This document shows, in pieces, positions 63,978 to 64,000 of a stretch of DNA of 64,000 nucleotides (positions are counted from its first letter, which is position 1; each line of letters begins with the position of its first letter). Below the pieces are notes generated by a model. That model was not told the origin of the DNA and made no database searches. It saw only the letters and a program-made list of their open reading frames with translations. Source of the stretch: the human T2T-CHM13v2.0 reference genome, Homo sapiens. The stretch lies in assembly GCF_009914755.1 (NCBI RefSeq), contig NC_060930.1. One strand, 5' to 3'. Position numbers and translations under genes: made by a program.

Positions 63978-64000
63978 GGCCAGGTGCGGTGGCTCATACC
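63978..64000 (+). mobile_element. Alu 5' end, cut by the window edge
   Basis: ggccaggtgcggtggctcatacc. Confidence 0.85.

Overview
Primate genomic DNA, almost certainly human because it contains an AluYa5. It is AT-rich and dense in repeats. The window lies inside the minus-strand gene MAN1A1 (Golgi alpha-1,2-mannosidase IA, GH47). It contains one recognisable coding exon, 30462-30556 (95 nt, [31 protein letters not shown]+S), which the ORF track misses, flanked on both sides by more than 30 kb of intron. The introns hold a full-length RPL13A processed pseudogene with the long 3' UTR, a full-length Hsmar1, a Tigger1 lacking its 3' end, MER6A, MER2, MER5 and MER58 elements, THE1, MST, MLT2A and MLT1 LTRs, many L1, L2 and MIR relics, and about 20 Alus. 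None of the listed ORFs is a credible independent gene. I found no convincing new multi-gene system. The most notable oddities are: a chimeric junction (Tigger1, Alu head, unexplained CpG-rich sequence, CCCTCT hexamers); two inverted Alu-in-Alu composites; micro-inversions that flip an Alu B-box and an LTR poly(A) signal; and two candidate cryptic MAN1A1 exons. Family names come from recalled consensus sequences, not a database search, and boundaries of old repeats are approximate.
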